A stretch of DNA of 64,000 nt from Escherichia coli O157:H7 (GTDB lineage: Bacteria; Pseudomonadota; Gammaproteobacteria; Enterobacterales; Enterobacteriaceae), in the NCBI RefSeq assembly GCF_013167455.1, contig NZ_CP038328.1. One strand, given 5' to 3'. Under the pieces are notes generated by a model. The model searched no databases and had not been told where the DNA came from. It was given only the letters and a program-made list of their open reading frames with translations. Both the position numbers and the translations under genes were made by a program. Below, piece by piece: positions 50,118 to 60,954 of the stretch. Positions within the stretch are counted from its first letter, which is position 1. Each line of letters starts with the position of its first letter.

Positions 50118-50690
50118 TTAGTCAGCACGCCCCATATAACGGCGTTCTTCGATATGGATACGAATTTTTTCGCCCGGGCTTAAGTATTCTGGTACCTGAA
50201 TCACCAGACCAGTGCTCAATGTCGCCGGTTTGTTACGGGCGCTGGCAGATGCCCCTTTGATGCCTGGTGCGGTTTCAACGATTTCCAGATCAACGGTCTG
50301 CGGCAGCTCAAGCGCCAGCAGTTGACCGTCCCAGGTCAGCACCTGCATGTCCGGCATGCCGCCCTCTGGCATAAACAGCAACTCTTCTTCAATCTGATCT
50401 TTGGTGAAGGTATACGGGGTATAGTCTTCTTTATCCATAAAGACATATTCGTTGCCATCGACATAGGAGAAGTCAACGTAACGGCGGGTCAGCGTCACGG
50501 TGTCAACGATATCATCTCCTTTGAAACGCTCTTCTACTTTCAGCCCGGTACGGACATCAGAAAAACGCATTTTGTACAGCGTAGCGGCACCGCGGGCAGT
50601 GGGCGACTGAATATCAATGTCCTTAACCAGCAGCAGTTTGCCGTTGTAATTCAGTACCATACCTTTTTTAATTTCGTTCGCTCTTGGCAT
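50118..50690 (-). CDS. yeiP: elongation factor P-like protein YeiP (EfpL)
   Basis: Internal start [22 protein letters not shown] (190 aa). EF-P fold pattern. Confidence 0.92.
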
Positions 50691-50844
50691 CGAAAAATTC
50701 CTGTAGTCGAAAATGTCAAAAATATCGCGACAAAGTACTCGCGACGAGCCTTTCGGGCAAGTGGTATTCGCACTTTTGCTGGTGCAAAAAAGGTGGTACT
50801 GTGCGCGCTCATCAATCCGGTGGTTAACCTTAAGAGAACAACGT

Positions 50845-51099
50845 ATGGAATGCCGTCCGGGTTGCGGGGCGTGTTGCACTGCCCCTTCAATTTCCAGCCC
50901 TATTCCCGGTATGCCAGATGGCAAGCCCGCCAATACGCCCTGCATTCAGCTTGATGAACAGCAACGCTGTAAAATTTTCACCTCGCCACTGCGGCCGAAA
51001 GTCTGTGCAGGCTTACAAGCCAGCGCTGAAATGTGCGGTAACTCGCGTCAGCAGGCAATGACCTGGCTTATCGATCTGGAAATGCTGACCGCGCCTTAA
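50845..51099 (+). CDS. yeiW: cysteine-cluster protein YeiW (UPF0153)
   Basis: Internal start [18 protein letters not shown] (84 aa). Its end overlaps the end of convergent setB. Confidence 0.8.
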
Positions 51100-52277
51100 A
51101 CATCTTTAATCCGCAGTAAGCAAAACAGAGTGGCGATAATCATCACCATCGCAAACCAGAACACAGCGTGATAATTCCAGATCTCGGCGACGATGCCCGC
51201 CACTGATCCCGCGATGATCCAGCCCACGCGCGACGTGTTGGTATAGAGCGTGGTGGCTGAACCTGCCTGACCGGGCATCAGATCCTGAAAATAGAGCATC
51301 CCGATACCGCCCAGAATGCCAATAAAAATAGCATTTAGCAGCTGCAAGCCCAACAGAATGACAGGAGAATGCGCCATCAGCATTCCTGCGTAAAAACAGA
51401 CGCCACCCACGGCAGCAACGCGCATTAAGAAACGCTTACCCAGACGTTTGGCGAAATATCCGGCAATCAACATGGTCGGGATTTCCAGCCCGGCGGCGGT
51501 CCCCATCATCACACCGGCCAGTTTCTCGGGAAGATGGAGTTCGTTGATAATAAATAGCGGCATGTTGATGATGTACAGGCTGTTCGAGCCCCACATCAAT
51601 GTACAAATGACAAACAGCAGCAGCGTATCGCGACGGTTACGGCGCGGCGCTTCAACCGTGCCGGTCGCCAGCGGAAGCTCTTTTTGCATCGACGGTAAAA
51701 ACAGCCACACCATCACGCCGCAAACAATAAATGCTACCGCTGCGCTCAGATACATTACCGTAAAGCTGAAACCCATCGCTAAGGCATAAGCCAGCGGTGG
51801 GCCAATGACCCATGCCAGTGAAACCTGAGCGCGTAAAAAAGAGCTGAACATCACCGCCTCACGTCCGGTTTTGTCGGCATGTTCACGGGCAAGGGCAAAC
51901 ATTTGCGGGTTAGCGGTCGAGCCAAAGCTGCTAAGAAAGACGCCAACGAATAGCAAAACAAAGTAGTTGCGATTCCAGGCAAAAAGGGTGCAGGCCAGCA
52001 CGCCTAACAGGCAGCAAAAGACAATCAGCGATTTGCGATCGCCGCGCTTATCAGAGCGCCCGGCGAGAAACTGACTCACCAGAACCCCAATGACAGCGCT
52101 GCCGGTAAAGAAGAATCCCACCATCGCCGGACGGGCATGTACTTCATCGGTAAGAAAAATACTGAGTGTCGGGGTTTGCAGAGCGCCCGCAATACCGGTG
52201 AGAAAGGCAACGATTAAAAACGCCGTCGAGGTCAGGTCAAACGATTTCGCGCTGGAGACTGCGGGGGAGTTATGCAT
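51096..52277 (-). CDS. setB: MFS sugar efflux transporter SetB
   Basis: 393 aa, 12-TM MFS protein. Synteny next to fruB. Confidence 0.9.
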
Positions 52278-52544
52278 GCTGGTCGATCACTGGAAGAGGA
52301 AGACGCGGAGTTTACGCTGCTTGTCAGAAAATAAACAGACAGCGAAATCAAAAGCGCCACGAATAATCAAAATGCCATTTCACTGTTGCTGATTGGCTGC
52401 TGACGCTGCTGAAATGAAATTGCTGATAACGGATTTTCCCATCAGCAATTAGGAAAAATGACAAAAAATTGTGCAGCACATCAAACTTTTGCTCATAACT
52501 TTACGGCTTTCCTTGCGTGCTGAAACAGAAGTATTATGCTTTCT

Positions 52545-52556
52545 TGAAACGTTTCA
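52545..52556. promoter_or_regulatory. Cra (FruR) operator-like palindrome upstream of fruB
   Basis: TGAAACGTTTCA is a perfect palindrome matching the Cra box core. Confidence 0.7.
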
Positions 52557-52609
52557 GCGCGATCTTGTCTTTAACCCTAAGCCAGGTTGGCGCTTTTTTT
52601 CTCATAGAA

Positions 52610-52623
52610 GCTGAATCGTTTCA
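52610..52623. promoter_or_regulatory. second Cra operator-like site
   Basis: GCTGAATCGTTTCA matches the Cra consensus GCTGAAWCGWTTCA type. Lies 22 bp upstream of the fruB ATG. Confidence 0.7.
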
Positions 52624-52644
52624 ATTCAGCAAGAGAGGAGAACT

Positions 52645-53775
52645 ATGTTCCAGTTATCCGTACAGGACATCCATCCGGGCGAAAAGGCCGGAGACAAAGA
52701 AGAGGCGATTCGCCAGGTCGCTGCGGCGCTGGTGCAGGCCGGTAATGTAGCAGAAGGCTACGTCAATGGCATGCTGGCGCGCGAACAGCAAACCTCAACG
52801 TTCCTCGGCAATGGTATTGCTATTCCACACGGCACTACCGACACCCGCGATCAGGTGCTGAAAACCGGCGTTCAGGTATTTCAGTTCCCGGAAGGCGTCA
52901 CCTGGGGTGACGGTCAGGTAGCGTACGTAGCGATCGGTATTGCTGCCAGCTCGGATGAGCATCTGGGCCTGCTACGCCAGCTGACCCACGTACTGAGCGA
53001 TGATTCCGTTGCTGAACAACTGAAGTCAGCAACAACAGCAGAAGAACTTCGCGCATTGCTGATGGGCGAAAAGCAGAGTGAGCAGCTGAAGCTCGACAAC
53101 GAAATGCTGACGCTGGATATCGTCGCCAGCGATCTGCTGACTCTTCAGGCGCTGAACGCTGCGCGTCTGAAAGAGGCGGGGGCAGTTGACGCCACTTTCG
53201 TCACCAAAGCCATCAATGAACAACCGCTGAACCTCGGACAGGGTATCTGGCTGAGCGATAGCGCCGAAGGCAATCTGCGTAGCGCAATTGCGGTAAGCCG
53301 TGCGGCAAATGCTTTTGATGTGGACGGCGAAACGGCAGCCATGCTGGTGAGTGTGGCGATGAATGACGATCAGCCCATTGCGGTTCTTAAGCGTCTCGCT
53401 GATTTGTTGCTCGACAATAAAGCTGACCGCTTGCTGAAAGCGGATGCGGCAACGTTGCTGGCGCTGCTGACCAGCGATGATGCGCCGACCGACGACGTGT
53501 TAAGCGCGGAGTTTGTGGTGCGCAATGAACACGGCCTGCATGCTCGTCCAGGTACCATGCTGGTCAACACCATTAAACAATTTAACAGTGATATTACCGT
53601 GACAAACCTTGATGGCACCGGCAAACCGGCAAACGGACGTAGTCTGATGAAAGTTGTGGCACTTGGCGTTAAGAAAGGTCATCGCCTACGCTTTACCGCC
53701 CAGGGTGCAGATGCTGAACAGGCGCTGAAAGCAATCGGCGACGCTATCGCTGCTGGTCTTGGGGAGGGCGCATAA
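52645..53775 (+). CDS. fruB: fructose PTS diphosphoryl transfer protein FruB (IIA-M-FPr)
   Basis: 376 aa. IIA-Fru domain (GIAIPHG) and a C-terminal HPr-like domain (GLHARPG). Confidence 0.94.
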
Positions 53776-54713
53776 TGAGCAGACGTGTTGCTACTATCAC
53801 CCTTAATCCGGCTTATGACCTTGTTGGTTTCTGCCCGGAAATTGAACGCGGCGAAGTGAACCTGGTGAAAACCACCGGTCTGCATGCGGCGGGTAAAGGC
53901 ATCAACGTGGCCAAAGTATTAAAAGACCTGGGAATTGATGTCACCGTTGGCGGCTTCCTCGGTAAAGACAATCAGGATGGTTTTCAGCAACTGTTCAGCG
54001 AGCTGGGCATTGCCAACCGTTTCCAGGTTGTACAGGGGCGCACCCGAATTAACGTTAAGCTGACGGAAAAAGACGGCGAAGTGACCGACTTCAACTTCTC
54101 GGGTTTTGAAGTCACCCCCGCCGACTGGGAACGCTTTGTGACTGATTCTCTGAGCTGGCTCGGTCAGTTCGATATGGTCTGTGTCAGCGGAAGCTTACCG
54201 TCAGGCGTCAGCCCGGAAGCGTTCACCGACTGGATGACTCGCCTGCGTAGTCAGTGCCCTTGCATTATCTTTGATAGTAGCCGTGAAGCGTTAGTAGCAG
54301 GTTTGAAAGCGGCACCGTGGCTGGTGAAACCTAACCGCCGCGAGCTGGAAATCTGGGCAGGCCGTAAACTGCCTGAAATGAAAGATGTGATTGAAGCTGC
54401 GCATGCGCTGCGTGAACAAGGTATTGCGCATGTCGTTATTTCACTGGGTGCCGAAGGCGCGCTTTGGGTTAATGCCTCCGGCGAATGGATCGCCAAACCA
54501 CCGTCAGTCGATGTCGTAAGCACCGTTGGCGCAGGGGATTCTATGGTTGGTGGCCTGATTTATGGCTTGCTAATGCGTGAATCCAGTGAACACACACTGC
54601 GTCTGGCGACTGCTGTTGCAGCCCTGGCGGTAAGTCAAAGCAATGTGGGTATTACCGATCGTCCGCAGTTGGCCGCAATGATGGCGCGCGTCGACTTACA
54701 ACCTTTTAACTGA
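53775..54713 (+). CDS. fruK: 1-phosphofructokinase
   Basis: 312 aa, PfkB family (GAGDSMVGG). Confidence 0.94.
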   Translation: MSRRVATITLNPAYDLVGFCPEIERGEVNLVKTTGLHAAGKGINVAKVLKDLGIDVTVGGFLGKDNQDGFQQLFSELGIANRFQVVQGRTRINVKLTEKDGEVTDFNFSGFEVTPADWERFVTDSLSWLGQFDMVCVSGSLPSGVSPEAFTDWMTRLRSQCPCIIFDSSREALVAGLKAAPWLVKPNRRELEIWAGRKLPEMKDVIEAAHALREQGIAHVVISLGAEGALWVNASGEWIAKPPSVDVVSTVGAGDSMVGGLIYGLLMRESSEHTLRLATAVAALAVSQSNVGITDRPQLAAMMARVDLQPFN

Positions 54714-54729
54714 CAGCAGGAGAGGCATA

Positions 54730-56421
54730 ATGAAAACGCTGCTGATTATTGACGCTAATCTCGGTCAGGCACGCGCCTATATGGCGAAGACCCTGCTGGG
54801 CGCGGCGGCGCGAAAAGCAAAACTGGAAATCATCGACAATCCGAACGACGCAGAAATGGCGATTGTTCTCGGTGATTCCATCCCGAATGACAGCGCGCTG
54901 AACGGTAAAAATGTCTGGCTGGGCGATATTTCCCGGGCAGTTGCGCACCCTGAGCTGTTCCTGAGTGAAGCCAAAGGCCATGCGAAACCTTACACTGCGC
55001 CGGTCGCTGCGACAGCACCGGTTGCCGCCAGCGGTCCGAAACGCGTAGTTGCGGTGACTGCTTGCCCGACTGGCGTAGCACACACCTTTATGGCGGCTGA
55101 AGCCATTGAAACCGAAGCGAAAAAACGTGGCTGGTGGGTGAAAGTTGAAACCCGTGGTTCTGTTGGCGCGGGTAATGCAATCACTCCCGAAGAAGTAGCC
55201 GCAGCGGATCTGGTGATTGTGGCGGCAGATATCGAAGTGGATCTGGCGAAATTTGCTGGTAAACCGATGTATCGCACCTCTACCGGTCTGGCGCTGAAGA
55301 AAACCGCGCAGGAACTGGATAAAGCGGTTGCTGAAGCAACGCCGTATGAACCGGCGGGCAAAGCTCAAACGGCGACCTCTGAAGGTAAGAACGAGAGTGC
55401 AGGCGCATACCGTCACTTGCTGACGGGCGTCTCTTACATGCTGCCGATGGTCGTTGCAGGTGGTCTGTGTATCGCGCTTTCTTTTGCTTTTGGTATCGAA
55501 GCGTTTAAAGAGCCGGGTACGTTGGCAGCGGCGCTGATGCAGATTGGTGGTGGTTCAGCCTTTGCGCTGATGGTGCCGGTACTGGCAGGTTATATTGCCT
55601 TCTCCATTGCCGATCGTCCGGGTCTCACGCCGGGTCTGATTGGCGGTATGCTGGCGGTCAGCACCGGTTCTGGCTTCATTGGCGGTATTATTGCGGGCTT
55701 CCTGGCTGGTTACATTGCGAAGTTAATCAGTACGCAACTGAAACTGCCACAGAGTATGGAGGCGCTGAAACCGATCCTGATCATTCCGCTAATTTCCAGT
55801 CTGGTGGTCGGTCTGGCGATGATCTACCTGATCGGTAAACCGGTTGCTGGCATTCTCGAAGGGTTGACTCACTGGCTGCAGACCATGGGGACTGCGAATG
55901 CGGTTCTGCTGGGGGCGATCCTCGGTGGCATGATGTGTACTGACATGGGCGGTCCGGTAAATAAAGCAGCGTACGCATTCGGTGTGGGTCTGCTGAGTAC
56001 TCAAACCTATGGCCCGATGGCGGCGATTATGGCGGCAGGTATGGTGCCACCGCTGGCAATGGGTCTGGCAACAATGGTGGCGCGTCGCAAATTTGACAAA
56101 GCGCAGCAGGAAGGTGGCAAAGCCGCTCTGGTTCTTGGTCTGTGCTTTATTTCGGAAGGTGCAATTCCTTTTGCTGCTCGTGATCCGATGCGTGTGCTGC
56201 CGTGTTGTATCGTTGGTGGGGCGCTGACTGGCGCAATCTCAATGGCGATTGGTGCGAAACTGATGGCACCGCACGGTGGTCTGTTTGTTCTGCTGATCCC
56301 TGGCGCTATTACGCCGGTACTGGGTTACCTGGTAGCAATTATTGCCGGTACGCTGGTGGCGGGTTTGGCCTATGCCTTCCTGAAACGTCCGGAAGTGGAC
56401 GCAGTAGCGAAAGCCGCGTAA
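54730..56421 (+). CDS. fruA: fructose PTS IIB'BC component
   Basis: 563 aa. Duplicated IIB region (ACPTGVAHTFMAAE) plus a IIC membrane domain. Confidence 0.94.
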   Translation: MKTLLIIDANLGQARAYMAKTLLGAAARKAKLEIIDNPNDAEMAIVLGDSIPNDSALNGKNVWLGDISRAVAHPELFLSEAKGHAKPYTAPVAATAPVAASGPKRVVAVTACPTGVAHTFMAAEAIETEAKKRGWWVKVETRGSVGAGNAITPEEVAAADLVIVAADIEVDLAKFAGKPMYRTSTGLALKKTAQELDKAVAEATPYEPAGKAQTATSEGKNESAGAYRHLLTGVSYMLPMVVAGGLCIALSFAFGIEAFKEPGTLAAALMQIGGGSAFALMVPVLAGYIAFSIADRPGLTPGLIGGMLAVSTGSGFIGGIIAGFLAGYIAKLISTQLKLPQSMEALKPILIIPLISSLVVGLAMIYLIGKPVAGILEGLTHWLQTMGTANAVLLGAILGGMMCTDMGGPVNKAAYAFGVGLLSTQTYGPMAAIMAAGMVPPLAMGLATMVARRKFDKAQQEGGKAALVLGLCFISEGAIPFAARDPMRVLPCCIVGGALTGAISMAIGAKLMAPHGGLFVLLIPGAITPVLGYLVAIIAGTLVAGLAYAFLKRPEVDAVAKAA

Positions 56422-56578
56422 TAAAAGGTGTGTTACAGGGCAGAAATTTACTGCCCCGTATCATTGGATGAGCGCAAAGAGAATGACCGGTTTGTGAATG
56501 TAATTTTATGAATTTAAATGGTTTTATCTTTCAGTAGAAACCTGAAACGTTCATCAAACACTAAGGTTATTTCCTCAA

Positions 56579-56604
56579 GGGCAGATTCTTTTCTGCCCTT
56601 TTTT
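56579..56604 (+). terminator. rho-independent terminator downstream of fruA
   Basis: GGGCAGA-ttcttt-TCTGCCC followed by TTTTTT. Confidence 0.8.
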
Positions 56605-56844
56605 AGTGTTCATGTTCTGTGCATCCCGTCACAAATTCCTCGCTTTTGTAATTCAGGCATTTAATCGCATTTTGTGAGCCTGCTCAAATCTGCCCGCTTT
56701 GCCTCTCTGGCGGCAATTTACTTTACGTAAAACATGCATACTATGAGCACATGTTTAAATATGAACACATGTTTAAACCGTCTTTGCAGTATCTATATCC
56801 TTGTGGATTGACAGGGTTGGTAATTTTTTACCAGAGGACGTGCT

Positions 56845-57786
56845 ATGCGCGAAAAGGATTATGTCGTAATTATAGGCTCGGCGAATATTGATGTCGCCGG
56901 ATATTCACATGAATCATTAAATTATGCGGATTCAAATCCAGGTAAAATAAAATTTACGCCTGGTGGGGTAGGGCGCAATATTGCACAAAACCTGGCGTTG
57001 CTGGGTAATAAAGCCTGGCTACTGAGCGCCGTAGGCAGTGATTTTTATGGCCAATCGCTGCTAACGCAAACCAATCAATCTGGCGTTTATGTCGATAAAT
57101 GCCTGATTGTGCCGGGAGAAAATACGTCGAGCTATTTATCATTACTCGATAATACCGGTGAAATGCTGGTTGCTATAAATGACATGAATATTAGCAACGC
57201 TATTACAGCTGAATATCTCGCACAGCACCGTGAATTTATTCAGAGGGCAAAGGTCATTGTCGCGGACTGTAATATCAGTGAAGAGGCACTGGCATGGATT
57301 CTGGATAATGCTGCCAACGTACCCGTATTTGTCGATCCGGTTTCCGCGTGGAAATGCGTCAAAGTACGCGAGCGATTAAGTCAAATCCATACTCTCAAGC
57401 CAAACCGCCTTGAAGCGGAAACCCTGAGTGGGATTGCGCTGTCAGGGCGTGAAGATGTGGCAAAAGTTGCTGCCTGGTTCCATCAACATGGCCTGAACCG
57501 ACTGGTATTGAGCATGGGCGGCGACGGCGTTTATTACAGCGATATCAGCGGTGAAAGTGGCTGGTCTGCGCCGATCAAAACCAATGTTATTAATGTTACC
57601 GGAGCGGGCGATGCCATGATGGCGGGACTTGCTTCGTGTTGGGTAGACGGAATGCCGTTTGCCGAATCTGTTCGTTTCGCACAGGGATGTTCGTCAATGG
57701 CGCTCTCCTGTGAATACACCAATAACCCCGATTTATCGATTGCCAACGTTATATCGTTAGTGGAGAACGCAGAATGTCTGAATTAA
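56845..57786 (+). CDS. psuK: pseudouridine kinase (YeiC)
   Basis: 313 aa, PfkB family (TGAGDAMMAG). Confidence 0.9.
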   Translation: MREKDYVVIIGSANIDVAGYSHESLNYADSNPGKIKFTPGGVGRNIAQNLALLGNKAWLLSAVGSDFYGQSLLTQTNQSGVYVDKCLIVPGENTSSYLSLLDNTGEMLVAINDMNISNAITAEYLAQHREFIQRAKVIVADCNISEEALAWILDNAANVPVFVDPVSAWKCVKVRERLSQIHTLKPNRLEAETLSGIALSGREDVAKVAAWFHQHGLNRLVLSMGGDGVYYSDISGESGWSAPIKTNVINVTGAGDAMMAGLASCWVDGMPFAESVRFAQGCSSMALSCEYTNNPDLSIANVISLVENAECLN

Positions 57787-58712
57787 AAATTTCCCCTGAA
57801 TTATTACAAATTTCCCCGGAAGTGCAGGACGCTTTAAAAAACAAAAAACCGGTTGTGGCGCTGGAATCGACCATTATTTCTCACGGGATGCCGTTCCCAC
57901 AAAATGCCCAGACCGCAATTGAAGTAGAAGAAACTATTCGTAAACAGGGCGCAGTACCTGCCACTATCGCCATTATTGGCGGCGTGATGAAAGTGGGTTT
58001 AAGCAAAGAAGAAATTGAATTACTGGGTCGTGAAGGGCATAACGTGACTAAAGTTAGTCGTCGCGATTTACCTTTTGTCGTTGCCGCAGGAAAAAATGGT
58101 GCAACCACCGTGGCTTCAACGATGATTATTGCGGCGCTTGCCGGAATTAAAGTATTTGCCACCGGCGGAATTGGTGGTGTTCATCGAGGGGCGGAACATA
58201 CCTTCGATATTTCTGCCGATTTGCAAGAACTGGCAAATACTAATGTCACCGTTGTTTGTGCCGGGGCGAAATCTATTCTCGATTTAGGATTAACCACTGA
58301 GTATTTAGAAACCTTCGGTGTGCCGTTAATTGGCTATCAGACTAAAGCGCTACCTGCGTTTTTCTGCCGTACCAGCCCGTTTGACGTCAGCATTCGTCTC
58401 GACAGCGCCAGTGAAATTGCCCGTGCAATGGCGGTGAAATGGCAAAGCGGGCTGAACGGTGGCCTCGTGGTAGCGAACCCGATCCCGGAACAGTTTGCGA
58501 TGCCAGAACACACTATCAATGCGGTGATCGATCAGGCGGTAGCTGAAGCTGAAGCGCAGGGTGTTATTGGTAAAGAAAGTACGCCATTCCTGCTGGCGCG
58601 CGTTGCTGAGCTGACCGGCGGTGACAGCCTGAAATCCAACATCCAGCTTGTGTTCAACAACGCCATTCTGGCGAGCGAAATTGCCAAAGAATATCAGCGT
58701 CTCGCGGGTTAA
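57774..58712 (+). CDS. psuG: pseudouridine-5'-phosphate glycosidase (YeiN)
   Basis: 312 aa, IndA-family pattern. Overlaps the psuK end. Confidence 0.9.
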   Translation: MSELKISPELLQISPEVQDALKNKKPVVALESTIISHGMPFPQNAQTAIEVEETIRKQGAVPATIAIIGGVMKVGLSKEEIELLGREGHNVTKVSRRDLPFVVAAGKNGATTVASTMIIAALAGIKVFATGGIGGVHRGAEHTFDISADLQELANTNVTVVCAGAKSILDLGLTTEYLETFGVPLIGYQTKALPAFFCRTSPFDVSIRLDSASEIARAMAVKWQSGLNGGLVVANPIPEQFAMPEHTINAVIDQAVAEAEAQGVIGKESTPFLLARVAELTGGDSLKSNIQLVFNNAILASEIAKEYQRLAG

Positions 58713-58805
58713 TTTCTGACGGGCAGAAAGCCGTCGCCCGTACTCATCAAACATACCGAAACCTGGCGCTGACGCCGGGTTTACTGGCATGAAGGGAAAA
58801 TCATT

Positions 58806-60056
58806 ATGGACATAATGAGAAGTGTTGTGGGGATGGTGGTGTTACTGGCAATAGCATTTCTGTTGTCAGTGAATAAAAAGAGCATCAGTTTGCGTACGGT
58901 TGCAGCCGCACTACTGCTGCAAATTGCTCTTGGTGGCATCATGCTCTATTTTCCGCCGGGAAAGTGGGCTGTAGAACAGGCGGCATTAGGCGTTCATAAA
59001 GTGATGTCTTACAGTGATGCTGGTAGCGCCTTCATTTTTGGTTCGCTGGTCGGGCCGAAAATGGATGTCCTCTTTGACGGTGCGGGTTTTATCTTCGCCT
59101 TTCGCGTACTTCCGGCGATTATCTTCGTCACTGCGCTCATTAGTCTGCTGTACTACATTGGCGTGATGGGGCTGCTGATTCGCATCCTTGGCAGCATTTT
59201 CCAGAAAGCCCTCAACATCAGCAAAATCGAATCTTTTGTCGCAGTCACCACTATTTTCCTCGGGCAAAATGAGATCCCGGCGATCGTTAAACCGTTTATC
59301 GATCGCATGAATCGAAACGAGTTGTTTACGGCTATTTGTAGCGGGATGGCGTCCATTGCTGGTTCGATGATGATTGGTTATGCCGGAATGGGCGTACCAA
59401 TTGACTACCTGTTGGCGGCATCGCTGATGGCGATCCCCGGCGGTATTTTGTTTGCACGTATTCTTAGTCCAGCAACCGAGCTTTCGCAGGTCACGTTTGA
59501 AAATCTGTCGTTCAGCGAAACGCCGCCAAAAAGCTTTATCGAAGCAGCGGCGAGCGGTGCGATGACCGGGCTGAAAATCGCCGCTGGTGTGGCGACGGTG
59601 GTAATGGCATTTGTGGCAATTATTGCGCTGATCAACGGCATTATCGGCGGAATTGGCGGCTGGTTTGGCTTCGCCAATGCTTCTCTGGAAAGTATTTTTG
59701 GCTATGTGCTGGCACCGCTGGCGTGGATCATGGGTGTGGACTGGAGTGATGCCAACCTTGCGGGTAGCCTGATTGGGCAGAAACTGGCGATTAACGAATT
59801 CGTCGCTTACCTGAGTTTCTCCCCATACCTGCAAACGGGCGGCACGCTGGAAGTGAAAACCATTGCGATTATCTCCTTTGCGCTTTGTGGTTTTGCTAAC
59901 TTTGGTTCTATCGGTGTTGTCGTTGGGGCATTTTCGGCTATTTCGCCAAAACGCGCACCGGAAATCGCTCAGCTTGGTTTACGGGCGCTGGCAGCAGCAA
60001 CGCTTTCCAACCTGATGAGCGCGACCATTGCCGGGTTCTTTATTGGTCTGGCGTAA
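58806..60056 (+). CDS. psuT: NupC-family nucleoside (putative pseudouridine) transporter (YeiM)
   Basis: 416-aa polytopic CNT-family protein. Close paralog of the ORF at 61996..63246. Confidence 0.9.
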   Translation: MDIMRSVVGMVVLLAIAFLLSVNKKSISLRTVAAALLLQIALGGIMLYFPPGKWAVEQAALGVHKVMSYSDAGSAFIFGSLVGPKMDVLFDGAGFIFAFRVLPAIIFVTALISLLYYIGVMGLLIRILGSIFQKALNISKIESFVAVTTIFLGQNEIPAIVKPFIDRMNRNELFTAICSGMASIAGSMMIGYAGMGVPIDYLLAASLMAIPGGILFARILSPATELSQVTFENLSFSETPPKSFIEAAASGAMTGLKIAAGVATVVMAFVAIIALINGIIGGIGGWFGFANASLESIFGYVLAPLAWIMGVDWSDANLAGSLIGQKLAINEFVAYLSFSPYLQTGGTLEVKTIAIISFALCGFANFGSIGVVVGAFSAISPKRAPEIAQLGLRALAAATLSNLMSATIAGFFIGLA

Positions 60057-60070
60057 TGCTCAATTTGTAG

Positions 60071-60108
60071 ACCGGATAAAACGCATCAAGCGTTGCATCC
60101 GGCAATCG
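60071..60108. repeat. REP element
   Basis: GACCGGATAAAACGCATCAAGCGTTGCATCCGGCAATC. Confidence 0.7.
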
Positions 60109-60126
60109 CGCTATTGCAAATAATTT

Positions 60127-60786
60127 TTACTGCATCATCCCGGAGAATTTATTCTCCGGGTCCATCTCCAGTGCCAGCCCTGACAACTGCTTTCTGTTTT
60201 TAATTAGATATCCTTTCTTGCTTTTAATTAATAAACCGTCGTGAATGAATTGCGCGAGAACATATAAAAGATGTCGATAAGAAACGCCTAAATACTCTGC
60301 CGCTTGCGTATGCTTTTCGTGATAAAGATCACCTTCTTGTGAGAGTAATATAAATGCTGCCAGGCGATTCACTAACGGAAATGATTGATTCTGAGTTAAA
60401 GAAACAATATTACGATAATTTTTATGACTTAAGGTGACGCAAAGTTTTCGTAAAAATAGGGTGTCGTTTAATAACAGCGGACGGTAATGTTTCATAGGGA
60501 GCGCAAGGCACCAACACTCTTCAATAGCCTGTACCGCACGCGGTTCATGGTCTTTATCGATTAACTCAATCTCACCAATAAAACAGGGGGCGGCAAAGAA
60601 ATCGATCAGCGACACGCGACCATTAGCTAGCGTGGCGTAAAGCCTGGCGCGGCCTCGCGTCAGGTAAAACAGCCAGGACGGCTGTTGCCCTTCCTGCACA
60701 ATGTAGTCACGCGCTAAAAAATGAAACAGCCGCGTATCGGCTGAAACATCCGTTAAAAAGCAATCCTTAAACGCGGATTCACTCAT
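60127..60786 (-). CDS. yeiL: CRP/FNR-family regulator YeiL
   Basis: Internal start [11 protein letters not shown] (219 aa). cNMP-binding-like domain plus a C-terminal HTH ([16 protein letters not shown]). Confidence 0.88.
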
Positions 60787-60954
60787 CAATTGCTGCTTAA
60801 GATCATTATTGTGGATTTCTTTCACGATGTTTATCCGCTATGAGATTTCTCATATTTAGCATACGTACGCTGTTGTTAAGATTCAATCATCGGCCCGATC
60901 GAAATTTCTTTGCTGTAGAAAAAATAACGCAACTGGAAACAGAGGAAATAAACA

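Noticed and set aside
56437-56460. The first hairpin after fruA (GGGCAG-aaattta-CTGCCC), considered as a terminator bounding a small transcript up to the strong terminator at 56579-56604.
   Set aside because: The first hairpin has no U-run, and there is no promoter or ORF signal in between. The simplest reading is a single fruBKA terminator at 56579-56604.
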